Of a stretch of DNA of 64,000 bases, positions 49,326-62,689 are shown one piece after another. Made by a program: the position numbers and the translations under genes. Source of the DNA: Torpedo marmorata (taxonomy: Eukaryota); the NCBI GenBank assembly GCA_977017645.1, contig OZ360252.1, forward strand, positions 17,794,001 through 17,858,000. Reading direction: 5' to 3'. The notes beneath the pieces were generated by a model that saw only the letters and a program-made list of their open reading frames with translations, ran no database searches and was not told the origin of the DNA. The stretch's first letter is position 1. Each line of letters begins with the position of its first letter.

Positions 49326-50324
49326 ATTTTTGTTTAATTCTGTCAGGCTCACACTCTCGCTGTCACCCCCGGTTAGAATTTTGCATGTGCTCAAATTCAC
49401 TTTTTTCTTCATTCTTCCTCCTCGTTTGGAGTGAGTGATATGGATGGGGATACGGGCCAAGCGCGGTCAGGAGGTATGTTTTGGTCGGCATACTCAAGTT
49501 GGGCTGAAGCGCCTGTTTCCACGCAGTCTGACTCTATGACTCTCTTTGACTCTGAGAAAATATTGCAAAATTTCCTGCATTGCTGGTAACTGTATCCGGC
49601 TGCCAGGATGCAAATTGTCTCCAGAATGAATGAAGAGTTCAGTGGTTAGACATGTATGGCACATACAGGTGCTGCTCCTTTTTGCATGCCGTCTATATTT
49701 CCTCTTTCTCCATCTTTGAGTTCTGGTCATGGCACGTGGCCCACAATGTTGCCAAGATTACTTCCTTTCTCTTTCTCTTTTTTTTTCCTCTCCACCATGG
49801 TTAACAGGCTTCCCGACTGTACCTGCACCATTTCCCCATGCTTGGATAAGTCCCGAAGATGCAATTATTTCACTGGAAGCTGTTTGACCATCACTTTCTA
49901 CAAATAAATTAGGGCTGTGTCCTGCCTTGGCACTGTGTCAACGCCACTCTTTCATTGGCTGATTGCTTTGAAATCAATTCAAAGGGAGATGGGTAGAACT
50001 TAACTGAAAATCATTCCAATGTACGAAGAGAACAAATTAACATGAATTACATCTGGAATGGTGGAAGCACACAGCAGGCCAGGAAGTACTTGATGAGTAA
50101 GAAGTGTTGAGGCTTTGCGTTTGACGTTCTGCCTCCGCAAAAAAATTTGATCACTGTGAGTGAATACGAGCTCGTGCTGAGGTAAATGAAAGGGTAACGG
50201 GAGCAGAGAACAGAAGTTAAGGAATGTTCATAGAAGGACAGATTGCGTAAGCTATAGAATGGATAGATGAACCATTCTCTGAATATGGGAGCTGTGTTTA
50301 GAATCTGAAAGTTATCAATTCACG

Positions 50325-51775
50325 GTTATAACCGTATAACCATATATCATTTACAGCACAGAAATAGGCCAGTTCGGCCCTTCGAGTCCATACCGAACAC
50401 ATTCTCCCACCTGGTCCCACTGACCCGCACCTGGCCCATATCCCTGCACACCTCTCTCGTCCATAAACCTATCCAACTATTCCTTAAACATGAAAATTGA
50501 ACCTGCATCTACCACTTCGGCCGGAAGTTCGTTCCACCCTCCTACCACCCTCTGAGTGAAGAAATTCCCCCTCATGTTTCCTCTAAATTTTCCCCCTTCA
50601 ATCTCAATCCATGCCCTCTTGTTTGAAACTTCCCCTCTCTCAATGGAAAAAGCCTGTCCACATTGACTCTATCTTTACCCTTCATAATTTTAAATACCTC
50701 TATCAAATCACCCCTCAACCTTCTACGCTGCAGGGAATAAAGTCCCAGCCTGTTCAACCTTTCCCTATAATTCAAACCCAGAAACCCAGGCAACATTCTT
50801 GTAAATCTCCTCTGCACTCTCACTATTCTGTTTATATCCTTCCTGTAATTCGGCGACCAAAACTGCGCACAATATTCCAACTTTGGCCTCACCAATGCCT
50901 TATACAACTTCAACATGACATCCCAACTCCTATATTCAATACTCTGATTTATGAAGGCCAACATACCAAATGCCTTCTTCACCGCCCTATCTACGTGTGA
51001 CTCAACTTTCAGGGAATTATGTACCAGAATTCCTAAATCCCTCTGTTCTATTGCACTTCTCAATTGTTTTCCATTTAACATGTATAACCTTTGCTGATTA
51101 ATCCTTCCAAAATGTAGCACCTCACATTTATCAGTATTAAATTTCATCTGCCATGTTTCCGCCCACTCTTCTAACTGTCCAATATCCCCCTGCAAGCTTT
51201 GATATCCTTCTTCACTTTCCACAACACCACCAATCTTCGTATCATCTGCATAATTACTAATCCAATTTACCACCCTATCATCTAGATCATTAATATATAT
51301 GACAAACAACAATGGACCCAGTACCGATCCCTGAGGCACTCCACTAGTCACCGGCCTCCAATTTGACATACAATTTTCCACCACTACCCTCTGGCATCTC
51401 CTATCCAACCATTGTTGAATCCATTTCACTACTTCGTCGTTAATACCTAATGCTTGAACCTTCCTAACGAGCCTCTGATGCGGAAACTTGTCAAATGCCT
51501 TACTAATGTCCTTATAGACAACATCCACAGCTTTCCCCTCGTCACCCCTCTTAGTAACCTCGTCTAAAAACTCTATGAGATTTGTCAAACATGATCTACC
51601 ACGAACAAAACCGTGTTGACTACTCCTAATCAATGCTTGTCTTTCCAAATAACTGTATACACCATCTCTAAGAACACTCTCCATTAATTTACCCACCACC
51701 AATGTCAGACTCACAGTCCTATAATTTCCAGGTTTACTTTTGGAGCCCTTCTTAAACAGCGGGACAAAATGTGAT
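50325..51775 (-). mobile_element. Young 5'-truncated CR1 with open 380-aa RT ORF (50572-51714)
   Basis: SQHGFVRGRSCLTNL, KAFDK, GVPQGSVLGPLLF, YADD, RPKLEYCAQFWSP without stops; TTATATGG-type tail at 50327-50350. Confidence 0.93.
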
Positions 51776-53197
51776 CAGCCGTCAGGAAAATAAATGAGAA
51801 TGATTCGCAGATTATATTGATTTTCTTGGAACGGTATAGCCTCTCAGGTAGAGAGGGAATGAAATGAGAATGAAAGGGGTATGTTCTGCAGCTGAACAAT
51901 AATTGGAAAGAAAAGAAGAGAAGTCATGACGTTTTGAGAAGGGAAATGTAAGACTGTACAAACATTTCTGGGAAATATTTCAGCCTGTTTCTAAGCAATA
52001 GACAACGATAACTCTTCCAAATATAATACCCGTTTCTCCAGGTTAATCAGCTCCACTCTTCACCTTCCCCCTTTCCAGTCTGATTCTATTCCAATTTTCA
52101 GAATAGCAATGGTTTTGTTTTCTCCACACTATGCCAGTAGCCTCAATCAAACCTCTGGATGCTTTTCCCACAGCAATTATCAACACAAATTTCAAGTGAT
52201 GCCACACCTCCTCTAACCACAACTTCCATTGCATCAATGATACTTAAACGGAAACAGAATTGTTGTATTAATTTCATATAAAAATTAAAACTATAATTCA
52301 ATGACATTATTACAAGGAGCTAGGTCATAGTAATTAGTTGAGCACTTATGGAGTATTTATAAGGAAACAAAAGCCGATTTATAGCTTCAGTGATTAACTC
52401 AATAACTCTAATCACCTTGGGAAGGCAGAATAATGTTCAAACCTTGCACAGTGGATAAATTTAGAAAGAGAACACAAAATCATGAAGATAACGTTAAACT
52501 TACATGGAATAATGTTTAAGACACACGATCCATCATTTGCTTTTTCTGAATTCCAAATTATAGAAGAGTAAGACAGAACAGTTAAGGTTTACAATAATGG
52601 TACACATGTTGTAGTGATAGAGAGATTGGAGACTCTGTCCTCTTGAGGCTGACTCAGAAATTCATTTTAAAATAATTTTTCATACCTACCTCATTTATAT
52701 TCACTAAGAACACTTTTGTTGATGTGTTGTTTAGTTCATTACCTGCTCATTCGTCCTCAAGCTGTCATGGTCCGTGTATTATTGTGACAACACAGACACT
52801 GTTTCAGACACTATTTCATTTTGGATATTATTGCTGCATTTACCTATTTAGACTGAGCTCTTTGTCCATTGTCAGATGTTACAGTATACACGGGTTTATT
52901 CTGTTCTCACAGTTACAGACATTCTGTATTTTGCCACCGTGGTGGATTTTGTCTGAACATGCACACTCAAAATTGTTTCGAAATAACAATCCACGTCTTG
53001 CCACAGATTTTAAGAAAGGTGTTAGAATCACTCACACTCTTGTACAAATCATACTTGTTCAACATCAATGAACTGTAACTTGTCTTCTATTCAAGCAACT
53101 GGAGAGGTGCTTCGGAAATGGTGATCGTTGTGCATTGCGCCTAATATTTTAAAACCTGCATGTATAAAGTACCGGATGCAATATTTTGTGGCACATA

Positions 53198-54809
53198 CAT
53201 TGGCCTCCATATTGTTTGTGAGAAAGTCAAATTTTTCTCCTTTATTTGCCCCTGTGCTCCACTGTTCTCAATTTTTAATCAAACAATTCACATGTGATTA
53301 AAATGCACATTCCAGATTTTATTAAAGGTTATTTGTATACATTTTGGTTTGAACATGTAGAAATTGCAGCAATTTTTATACATAGTTCCCCAATTCAGGG
53401 CACAATAATGTTTGGGATATTTGGCTTCACAAGTGTTTGTTAGTTCTCAGGTATGTTTATTTGCTTCATTGGTATAGGTATAAGGGAGCTATGTTTGCTT
53501 CTAAGCTTTTGATCACCTTTGGAGTCTGTAGTTGCCATTTGCAAAATGAGGAACAGAGTTATGCCAATGAAAGTCAAAGAAGCCATTATGAAACTGAAAA
53601 ATAAATATAAAACGGTATGGGATATCGACAAAGATTAGGATTACAAAAATCATCTGGTGGAACATCATTAAGAAGAAAGAGCGTCCTGGCGGTTTAGGTA
53701 TCGCAAAGGGACGGGGGGGGGTGGAAGGAAGACCTCCACTGCTGATGACAGAAGAAGTCTCATTAAAATAATGCAAAATCTCCAACGTCTGTCCGACACA
53801 TTTCAGGAGGCAGGTGTGGAAATGACTACTGTCCGCAGAAGGCTTCATGAACCGAAATAAAGAGGCAAAACTGCAAAATACGTCACTAATTAGCCACAGA
53901 ATCAGGATGGCCAGATTACAGTTTGCCAAGAAGTATTTAAAAGAGCACGCAGTATATTCTGTAAAAAGATCTTCTGAACAGAGGAGACCAAGATTAACTG
54001 TTTCAGAGTGATGGCAAGTGAAAACTGTGGAGGCGTAACGGAACTGCCCAATATCCAAAGCATAACACCTCATCTGTGAAAAATGGTGATGGGGGTGGTA
54101 TAGCCTGGACAATTATGGCTGCCACAAGTACTGGCTCACTTACCTTCATTGATTTTGTAACTGCTGATTGCAGTAGACAAATCAATTCTGAGGTGTTTCA
54201 AACATCTTATCTACTCAGGTTCGAGTAAGTGCCTCCAAACTCATTGGACAGTCCTACAGCAATGCAATGATCCCAAACATATTGGTAAAGCAACAAAGGA
54301 GTTTTTCAAAGCTAAGAACTGGAAAATTCTTACATGGCCAAATCAGTTATTAATCTCAACACAATTGAGCATGCTTTCACGATGCTGAAGAGAAAACATC
54401 AGGGGCAAACCCCCAAAACACGTAGGGGCTGAAGGTGGCTACAGTAGAGGCCTGGCAGAGCATCACCAGAGAAGATACAGAGCACCTGGTGATGTCTCTG
54501 AATCACAGACCTCAAGCAGTCATTGCATGCAAGGGATGTGCAAAAAGGTACTAAATATGACCACATTAACATACATAATATTGCTATGTCCCAAATGTTA
54601 TCGTGCCCTGAAATGAGGGGTCTATGAATAAAAAGTGCTGTAATTTCGACATAGTCAAACCAAATTGTAAATAAATACTCTTACATAAATTCCGGAATGT
54701 GCACTTTAATTACATGTGAATTGTTTGATTACAAATTTAAAACTGTGAACACAGTGGCAAATAAACAAATAAAATGGTTTCTTTCTCCCAAACATTATGG
54801 AGTGCACTT
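53198..54809 (+). mobile_element. Full-length Tc1-like DNA transposon (IR/DR type), transposase decayed
   Basis: TA-flanked termini CATTGGCCTCCATATTGTTTG / CAAACATTATGGAGTGCACTT; inverted repeats of about 230 bp with an internal direct repeat; MPMKVKEAIMKL, ETKIN.F, NDPKH, LNTIEH motifs. Confidence 0.9.
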
Positions 54810-54989
54810 TAAAAGTCTCAGCAAAATTTGTTTTGCAGTTGAGCTGACAGGAAACACCTGACATTGTGGTATGAGCTGTTTATCTCTTTAATTTAGGTTC
54901 TCCCCTGAAACAGTGATGTGCTGTTATATTTTTCATTGCATGCTGGTCTCTGAATCAGAAGGTTAAGGGTCCAAACTCTCCTCCTGACG

Positions 54990-55400
54990 CTTAATTCAAA
55001 ATGCCATGAAGGAATTTCCAGTGCAGTGCTGAAGGATGTAAAGGATGTAAATGACAGGATCCTTCAAATGAGATGCTTTTCACAATCTTACATTCTTCTA
55101 TTTGTTCACCTCTTATGCTCCAGAAAGAATAATAAATATATGCCCAACATGTCCTCACAGCTAATACTGGATAATATAGACAACATCCCGCCGAACCTCT
55201 CGTGTGTCTTTTCCACAGCCTGCACATCCTTGTTCCAATGAGTGAACCAGAAATGCTTGCAATACTCGCAATGCGACCGAACCACATTTTTCTACAGCTG
55301 CAACATGAATTGCCGACATTTATACTCAAAGGCTCCACTGATGTCGGAAGGTATGGCACCCCATGCTATGACCACATTATCCACACGTGTTTCCTTTAAA
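54990..55400 (-). mobile_element. Old CR1 3' fragment
   Basis: Degenerate ORF2 C-terminus (LVRxHCEYC..FW-like) on the minus strand. Confidence 0.5.
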
Positions 55401-55854
55401 ACCACACTTTCCACTCAAAGTCTAAGGAATAAAACATAAGCACTGCAGTCCCAAAAACAGGAACTGCTAGTGTTCATGTACTGACCACGCGAGTATATTA
55501 ATGGCAAATCTCTCACAGAAAAAAAGGAGGATATTTTCTGTAATCGATTGCCCCTGCTTAACATACAATGCCGCGCATATACTTAAAAAGAGCATAGTTA
55601 TTTTTTCTAGAACCGATCCTGCTTTTTTGTAAGTTTAGTTATTGATCTCTGGCAACGAGCAGCAACAAACGTTTTGCGGTGACAGTAACGTTTAACCGGA
55701 CAGAACAGCATAATGTGGGATAGCGTGCATATTACACAAGGATATTGAATACATTAAATCTAAATTTTGCTCGGATCAGAGCGGAATATACCTTAATATT
55801 AAATAATGGCCAGTGGATCTGCCACTCCCACAGAAACCATTAAGTGGGACAAAT

Positions 55855-58040
55855 TTCAGATCAAATCAGATCAGAGACTATTTATTATCATGTAATACAA
55901 CAGAAATGTACAGTGCCCTCCATAATATTGGGAACATAGACAATATTGTCCTTTATTTGCCCCTGTGCTCCACAATTTTTAATTTATAATCAAACCATTC
56001 ACACGTGATTAAAGTGCACATTCCTGATTTTATTAAAGGGTATTTGTGTACATCTTGGTTTGACTATTTATAAATTACAGCACTTTTTATGCATAGACCC
56101 CTCATTTCTGGACACTATAATATTTGGGACAGAGCAATGGTATGTATATTAAAGTAGTAATGTTTAGTACTTTGTTGCATACAGTTTTTCTTGCATGCAA
56201 TGACTGTTTGAAGTCTGTGATTCAAAGACATCAACAGGTACTGAGTAACCTCTCTGCTGATGTTCTGCCAGGCCTAGACTCAGCCATCTTTAGCTCCTGC
56301 TTGTTTAGGGGGTTTGTCCATTCAAGGATTCTGTTCAGCATCAGGAACGCTTGCTCAATTATGTTTACATCAGTGGCTGACTCGGCCATTCAAGAAGTTT
56401 CCAGTTTTTAGTTTTGAAAATCTCCTTTGTTGCTTTCACAATATGTTTCGGATCATGGTCTTGTTCTTGGATAAAGCGCCGTCTAATGGGTTTGGAGGCA
56501 TTTGTGCGAACCTGAGCCGATAAGATGTTTCTATGCACCTCAGAATTCATTTTGCTACTGCAACCAGCAGTTACACCATCAATGATTATAAGTGCGTCAG
56601 TACCTGTGGCAGCCATACAGGCCCAGGTCATGACACCCTCGCCGCCATGTTTCACAGATGAGGCGGTATGCTTTGGATCTTGGCTGTTCTGTTATGCTTC
56701 CACACTTTGCTCGTGCGATTACTCTGATACAGGTTAATATTGGACTCATCTGTCCACAAGACTTTTTTCAAGAATTCTGCAGGCTCTTTTAAATACTTCT
56801 TGGCAAATTGAAATGTGGCCATCCTGTTTCTGTGGGTAACTGATGGTTTGGATATTGCAGTGTAGCCTCCGTATTTCTGCGGACAGTAGTTATTGACACA
56901 TCCACACCTGCCTTCTGAAGAGTGTTTCTGATCTGTCGGACAGGCGTTTGGAGATTTTTCTTATGATGATAATTCTTTTGTCATCAGCAGTTGGAGGTCT
57001 TCCTTGGCCTACAAGTCGCGTTGTGATTACTGAGCTGAGCTCTGTGCTCTTTCTTCTTAATGATGTTCTAAACTATTGATTGTGGTCATCCTAATGTCTC
57101 TTACTGTTTTATACTTGTTTTTAAGACTCATAATGCTTCTTTGACTTTCATTGGCACGACTCTTGTCCTCAAGGTGAAAAATGGCAACTCCAGATTCCAA
57201 AGGTTATCAGAAGTTTAGAATCAAGCCGAGATCTGTTATATCTGCACCAATGAAGCAATTAAACACACCCGAGTAATCACAAATATCTGTGAAGCCAAAT
57301 GTCCCAAACATTACTGTGCCCTGAAATGAGGGGACTCTGTATAAAAAGTGCTGTAAGTTCTACACGTTGAAACTAAAACGTATACAAATAACCGTTAATA
57401 TAATATAAAATGTGCACTTCAATCACATGTGAATTGTTTGAGAAAAATTTAAATCTGTGGAGTATAGGAGAAAATAAAGGGAAAACGTGTCTTTGTCGCA
57501 AACATGATGGGGGGCACTGTAATATTACACGAACGTGCCTTTCATCTGCCAGAAGGAAGACAAAGATTCGCCATTAGCATTGTCCGACGCCCCGCATAGA
57601 CAGAAAAACAGAAGCAAAACTGAGTCCACCCTGAGTATCCGCGGATCCATTTTCCAAATCTCCGCCATCATGAGGAACCCTTCGAGACCCCTTCTTACCC
57701 ACAGCGCCCTTTCGACTCCCGCTTCCGAGACCTGGTTCTCATCAGCCAGTCTCCAGCAGCCCGCAGGCTGGTGTCAGTACTTTGACCACAAGTCGCCAGC
57801 AGCCCGCAGCGTGTGTGGGTTCCTCGCCCCCAGGCGCCATCATCTTGGGCCCAGATACCGCGGTCGCACGATTTTAAATAAAACACTGTCGACTCCTTTA
57901 ACAGGCAATTTAAAGCCCGTAGGGTACCGTGTCATTACGTTTGGGCGGTAGGACCCTGCGGTGGAGTGCTGTGTCTCTGTTCGCTGCTGTCAGCGGGTGC
58001 GCATCAGCGGCAGTGGTGTCAATACAGCAGCTCCGCAACG
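55855..58040 (-). mobile_element. GC-rich non-autonomous repeat (homolog of 46140-46905) interrupted by Tc1
   Basis: Pieces 55855-55910 (TCTGA-repeat tail and AATAAA on the minus strand) and 57520-58040 rejoin across the TA duplication. Confidence 0.6.
55911..57519 (-). mobile_element. Full-length Tc1-like DNA transposon (IR/DR type), transposase decayed
   Basis: TA|CAGTGCCCTCCATAAT ... ATGATGGGGGGCACTG|TA; minus-strand WTDE, KHGGEGVMTWACM, QDHDPKH, LEWPSQ motifs. Confidence 0.92.
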
Positions 58041-58179
58041 AAAACATTTATTTTAAGATGTTGCGTTTTCCCATTTGCAGGATTACATTTACAAGCACGT
58101 TTGCTGCAATGAAAATTAAATGGGGAATTACTTCATCAGGTAAAAAATAAAATATTTATTGGACTGAGTTCAAGAAACC

Positions 58180-58780
58180 TTTTGCAGCTATGTTTAAAGA
58201 CGGATGCATAGACTTGATGATCCTTTGGAAGACGGTAACACAAAAGGACGAAGAGAATGCAGCATTGATTTGTTGGAATAGTACTGGTGGTGAAACAGAC
58301 TACGGCACAAATATTGTGCGCCCGATGCATAAAAGGTTAAATGTTCATCGCTTTGAGATATTGAGGAACATCCCAGTCTACTGAGGAGCGGCAGCAGAGC
58401 AATGTAATTAGACCAATGCATTTAGGATGAAAATATTCACTTTCTGTGTCTATGAAACTGTTACAATAAATGGGAACTAAAACATAGGCTGACATGTCCC
58501 TGAACGAGTCTGTTGGCACAATAACTCCAAATGGTTGAGTACCAAATCGGGTAAAGGGCAGTTGGACAGTTCCACCACAAATAGATTTGACGCCAAATGT
58601 ATTTTTACACCACAAACTATTACACATGCTGTCAGAACAAGAAGTAAATCCAGGGAATTCTCTAATTGTCATGCAACATACGTGCACAGACAAGCAAGTT
58701 ATACCAATTGCAGTGTCATGTGTCGCGATGGGGATAAGAAGAAAATGGAATATCTATGTTCGGATGGAAACCAGCGATGA
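58180..58780 (+). mobile_element. Probable piggyBac-like transposase fossil, internally deleted
   Basis: Ordered traces: CIDLMILWK (compare CIDES(L)MLWKG), YETV (compare xGTVR), FLHHKL, and a C-terminal Cys-rich C..C..GIRRK..YLCSD. Confidence 0.4.
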
Positions 58781-60536
58781 ATACATGAGTGAAGAGAAGG
58801 TGCAAGATGATCAGCAGTGTACATGTCAGTTTGGTTTATCTATAAATTGCAACAACGTTCTCATTAATCTGCATAAAATCTGATTAAATGTACAGTGTTT
58901 TTAATCTGCATGTTTTAAACTCAGTTGTCTGCTTGCATATGGCAATGATCAAATGAGGCTGTGAATCCCTTCATTGTGATCCCATTCAGCTTCTGTGGAT
59001 GAGGGTATAAGGCTGAGGATAGGAAGGTCAGAGAGACACGTGGCCTAATCTGACTGTTCTCAAGCAAGGCTCAAGGATTTAATATCCTGGTCTTGTTCAG
59101 AAGTTGCCATGTAATTAACTACATTCTGCAAACAGTCCAAATATATGCAGTGCATTTTACTTTCTCCTCTAATTCTCACAGTAACCAGGCAGACAGATGC
59201 ATTCAGCCCTATTTCTGTGAAAGTCCCGACATAAAGCACTGGGCATTCCTTTACCGTAAGGCTGAAGCTGGCCAGGAAGGTTTATGGGTAGCAACTCAAT
59301 GACAGTTAGATGTGGACAGCGAATACTGGTCTTCAAGGTGACACATTGTTCTTGTAAATTATTTGAGTATAAGAAATCTGCTGACCCTCATGCATAACAG
59401 GGCTTGTCTACCATCCACTTCTTGTGAATATTTTAAATTCTGCAGCCTCATGTAAATGCTGCAATAGTTTGGAGACTCTCTCACATGTGCGTTCCCTGCT
59501 ATGTATCATCAAAGTTGTTTCCTGACAGATATCTGCAAATAACACAATCACAGATACCTCAGGAAGTACTCACCTAGTGTTGGGTTAGGTCACAGCTGTG
59601 ATTATGCCTGCAGTTCTGGGCATCACACCACAGAAAGAATGCAATGGCACCAGACACGATGCAGAGAAGAACAACCTGGAGGTAAGATGGGTAGGATTGT
59701 TTCAGTGACAAGGAGTGTGGGCACAGACTGTTGTTTTTTAATACTTGGAGCATAGGGGCTGGGTAGGAACAATATAGGTTTCTACAACATTACGGATGGT
59801 TGAAAATAACAAGCCTGTTCTCCATAGCAAAGGTGTCTGAGAACAGTCAGTGCACCATGAGCATGTGGTCTATGTTACTCACCTCGAGTAGCATTGCAAT
59901 ATGAGAGGCGTGGCCTGGGGAGAGGGAACGGCGAAGGTTGCGTCGCCACAACACTTTAGTTGCATCGTATGGAGTACGATGGAGTTTGTAGGCGGCAATC
60001 CACCAAGTGCTGGTAAATGGGATAAGAATAGATGTATTATTGATGGTCCACCTTGACGAGTGGGGACATTGGGCCTGTTCCTGGATTGTAGCACCCCATT
60101 ACTCGATAATTGCTTTATCGGTGACTCTGAGTTTATTTCAACATCTGACCATTGGACAGTGAACACGGTTTTATACCAGTCCAGATATTCCCATTTGTCC
60201 CACTTCAATGTCCTTTCAGCGTTCATACCAGGCTTTAATATGGAAGGGCCTGGGTATATGTGAGCACCATCTCACACTTTCTGTAGCCAGAGGAGAAATC
60301 TGACCAACCCTGTTTGCTCCTTCATCTACTGGAAAAAGTGGGTTGGCAACAACAGAATGTAATAGGATAGGAGAAGGAACACATTTATGCCACTTTACGG
60401 ATTAGATGCGATCACAAGGACAGATACCAACACTCGACTGGGAAAGTTTTCGCTGTTTTCTGCAGAATAAATAAATCGGTCGATCAAAAGAATTCCCTGA
60501 GCTGCATTTAATCGGCATAATTATACAGATTTGTAT

Positions 60537-61405
60537 TGTTACAAATTCAAACCAGCAACGACAGAAGACGCAATGCGAAAGGGGTAAAATTGAAATTTAT
60601 ATTTATTAAAGACAATTAAACATATAATTTCACAACAATTAACCCCACTATAAACGTCTATAAACACTATTCATATCTAAAAGGTGTGTGTGTGTGTGTG
60701 TAAAGCCCAGACCATTACAGTCTGTGCCAAACCCTCATGTTAAAATGGAAAAACTTTCCCCAAAAACCCCAGGTCAGTCATAAAAACAAGTCAGTCAAAA
60801 AAAATAATACAGTCCACAAAAATTCACTATCTATGTTCAGGATCCAAATTCAGCTCTGTGTGCTTGCAAGAAGGACTTCTTAATGAACGTTGGAGAGAGA
60901 CAAAGACTGTTTATGCTTACGAATACTTGGCTTGCTTTTCTTCTCTGATGACTTTCCCTTTTGGTAGAGATTCACGAGGGTTGCGACTCCAAATCAGTAT
61001 ACCACTGATTGAGGCGTCCACTTGGATCTCACTGCTGGTCTCGCTGATCTCACGCCTGTTCTCCACAAAAGTTCCTTTAACTCAGGACTTTGCTGAGACA
61101 GGAGGCCATGTGCTATTCTCCCAGCCTTTTCCCTGGGATGCACAAGCCTGGATTTTGCTGTGTTCTTTAGCCTTTGCAACTCCAAACTGAATGCTTTTTG
61201 CAGAGGTTTGCACCTGCTTTTGCAAAAGTGCAACAAAGTATCTTTTCCACAGCCTGTCTCTGTCTGGTATCTCTCTCTCTCTCTGGGTACACCACGTCCT
61301 GGGCAAGTTAACTCTTTCAGTACCTGGTCCCAGTGTGTACTCCAAAAGACTTCATCCTTCCTGCTGACCGTCCGCAGTCCAAATGGTCAGTCATGGTCCA
61401 CAACA
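60537..61405 (-). mobile_element. Solo LTR (Gypsy-like) with 4-bp TSD
   Basis: Termini TGTT...AACA; GTAT duplicated at 60533-60536 and 61406-61409; AATAAA on the minus strand near 60602-60607; contains (TG)n at about 60684-60701. Confidence 0.7.
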
Positions 61406-61479
61406 GTATTGAATTTTTAGCTTCTTTTAACTTCAAATTGAGGAAGATATGATTTAATGCTATGTATCCTCAACAATTG

Positions 61480-62375
61480 TTAATCATTATCGAAACCTCA
61501 TATCTCTCCTCGCCCCCTCTCCGCTTAGACGCAACAAGGTCTGGATTTCCCTTGTCCTCACATACCATCCACGATCATCCATATCCAACATGTTATCCTC
61601 TGCAATTTCTGATACTGTCAACGAGATCCCTTCACCAGACACATCTTCCCCTCTTATCCACTCAACGCCTTCCGCAGGGACCTCTCCCCTCCGTGACCCC
61701 TTCGTCCACTCATCCCTTCCCACGAATCACAAACCACATAAAACCCACCCCTGTTCCCGCAAGAAATCCTACACTTGCATCCACACTTCGTCCATCACAA
61801 CATTTCGGCGCCCCAGTCAGTCCTTCCAAATGAAAAAAACCTCCCCAGTGAGTCGGAAGGGGTCATCGACTGCATAGGTGCTCCTGATGTGGATTCCCCC
61901 ACATCGGAGAGACTGGACGCAATAAGGAGATCAATTCGACCAGATAGTATTAACTTTGACCTCCATGTTCCTTTAGGTCCCTCTCCGTCTCACTCCCTTT
62001 CCTTATCCCTCTGTCTCCTTTCCTCCAGCTCCCTCTGCCCTTCCCTCTCCATTCAGAGAGTGACCCACTCCTTCCGTCACTTTTCAGAATCCTCTTCTGC
62101 CCTCCCAGCCATATCCACCTCTGCCCTCTGGCCTGTTAGCCTATGCACCTCCCCTTCCGCTCCTTCCCGCCTCTCCTCTCCTCTACTGCCCCAATCTTTT
62201 TTTATATGTAGGCGCCTACCTGCTTTTTGGTTATACCCTGACGAATGGCTCAGGCCCGAAACGTCGGTTCCCCTTTACTTCCTGTAGCTGATGCGTGACC
62301 TGCTGAGCTCCTGCAGCATTTCTGTGCATTGCACTACAATCACAGCTTCTGCAGACTTTCCTGCTTAACTCGGAA
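61480..62375 (+). mobile_element. Penelope-like element 3' region (GIY-YIG) and pLTR
   Basis: ISLVLTYHP, SLRDPFVHS, PCSRKKSYTC, ESEGVIDCI, HIGETGR; pyrimidine-rich tract; GACCTGCTGAGCTCCTGCAGCA terminus. Confidence 0.85.
62233..62270 (+). ncRNA. Minimal type I hammerhead ribozyme core in the PLE terminus
   Basis: CTGACGA (62238-62244), stem II GGC-TCAG-GCC, GAAA, then CGTC; predicted cleavage after C62265; stem I is short (CC/GG). Confidence 0.65.
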
Positions 62376-62689
62376 GCGACTGCCTCTTGAGCTCGGCATT
62401 GACGTCCACATCTGCCCCCAAGTGCTGAACAATTGAACCGCATCTGGATTACCGAAGGCTGAAATCAGATGCAGGATTTTAACGCCAACTGCCGTTAATT
62501 ACCCAAAAGAGCCAATTTGGGCGATGATTAAAACAATTTCAGTTGCCTACAAAAATGGCTAGAGGGAATATTGTGTGCGATTGTTTACATCCATCTGAGG
62601 GGCCTCAAAGTATCATGCCAAGTCATTGTGCAAATGTATTCATTGTGCAGTTACTCACTGCTTTCCACTCACTTTTAATACTCGTAATG

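Noticed and set aside
58535-58780. Cys-containing ORF suggestive of a cystine-knot or toxin peptide
   Set aside because: No signal peptide or correct Cys spacing; better explained as a decayed transposase C-terminus.
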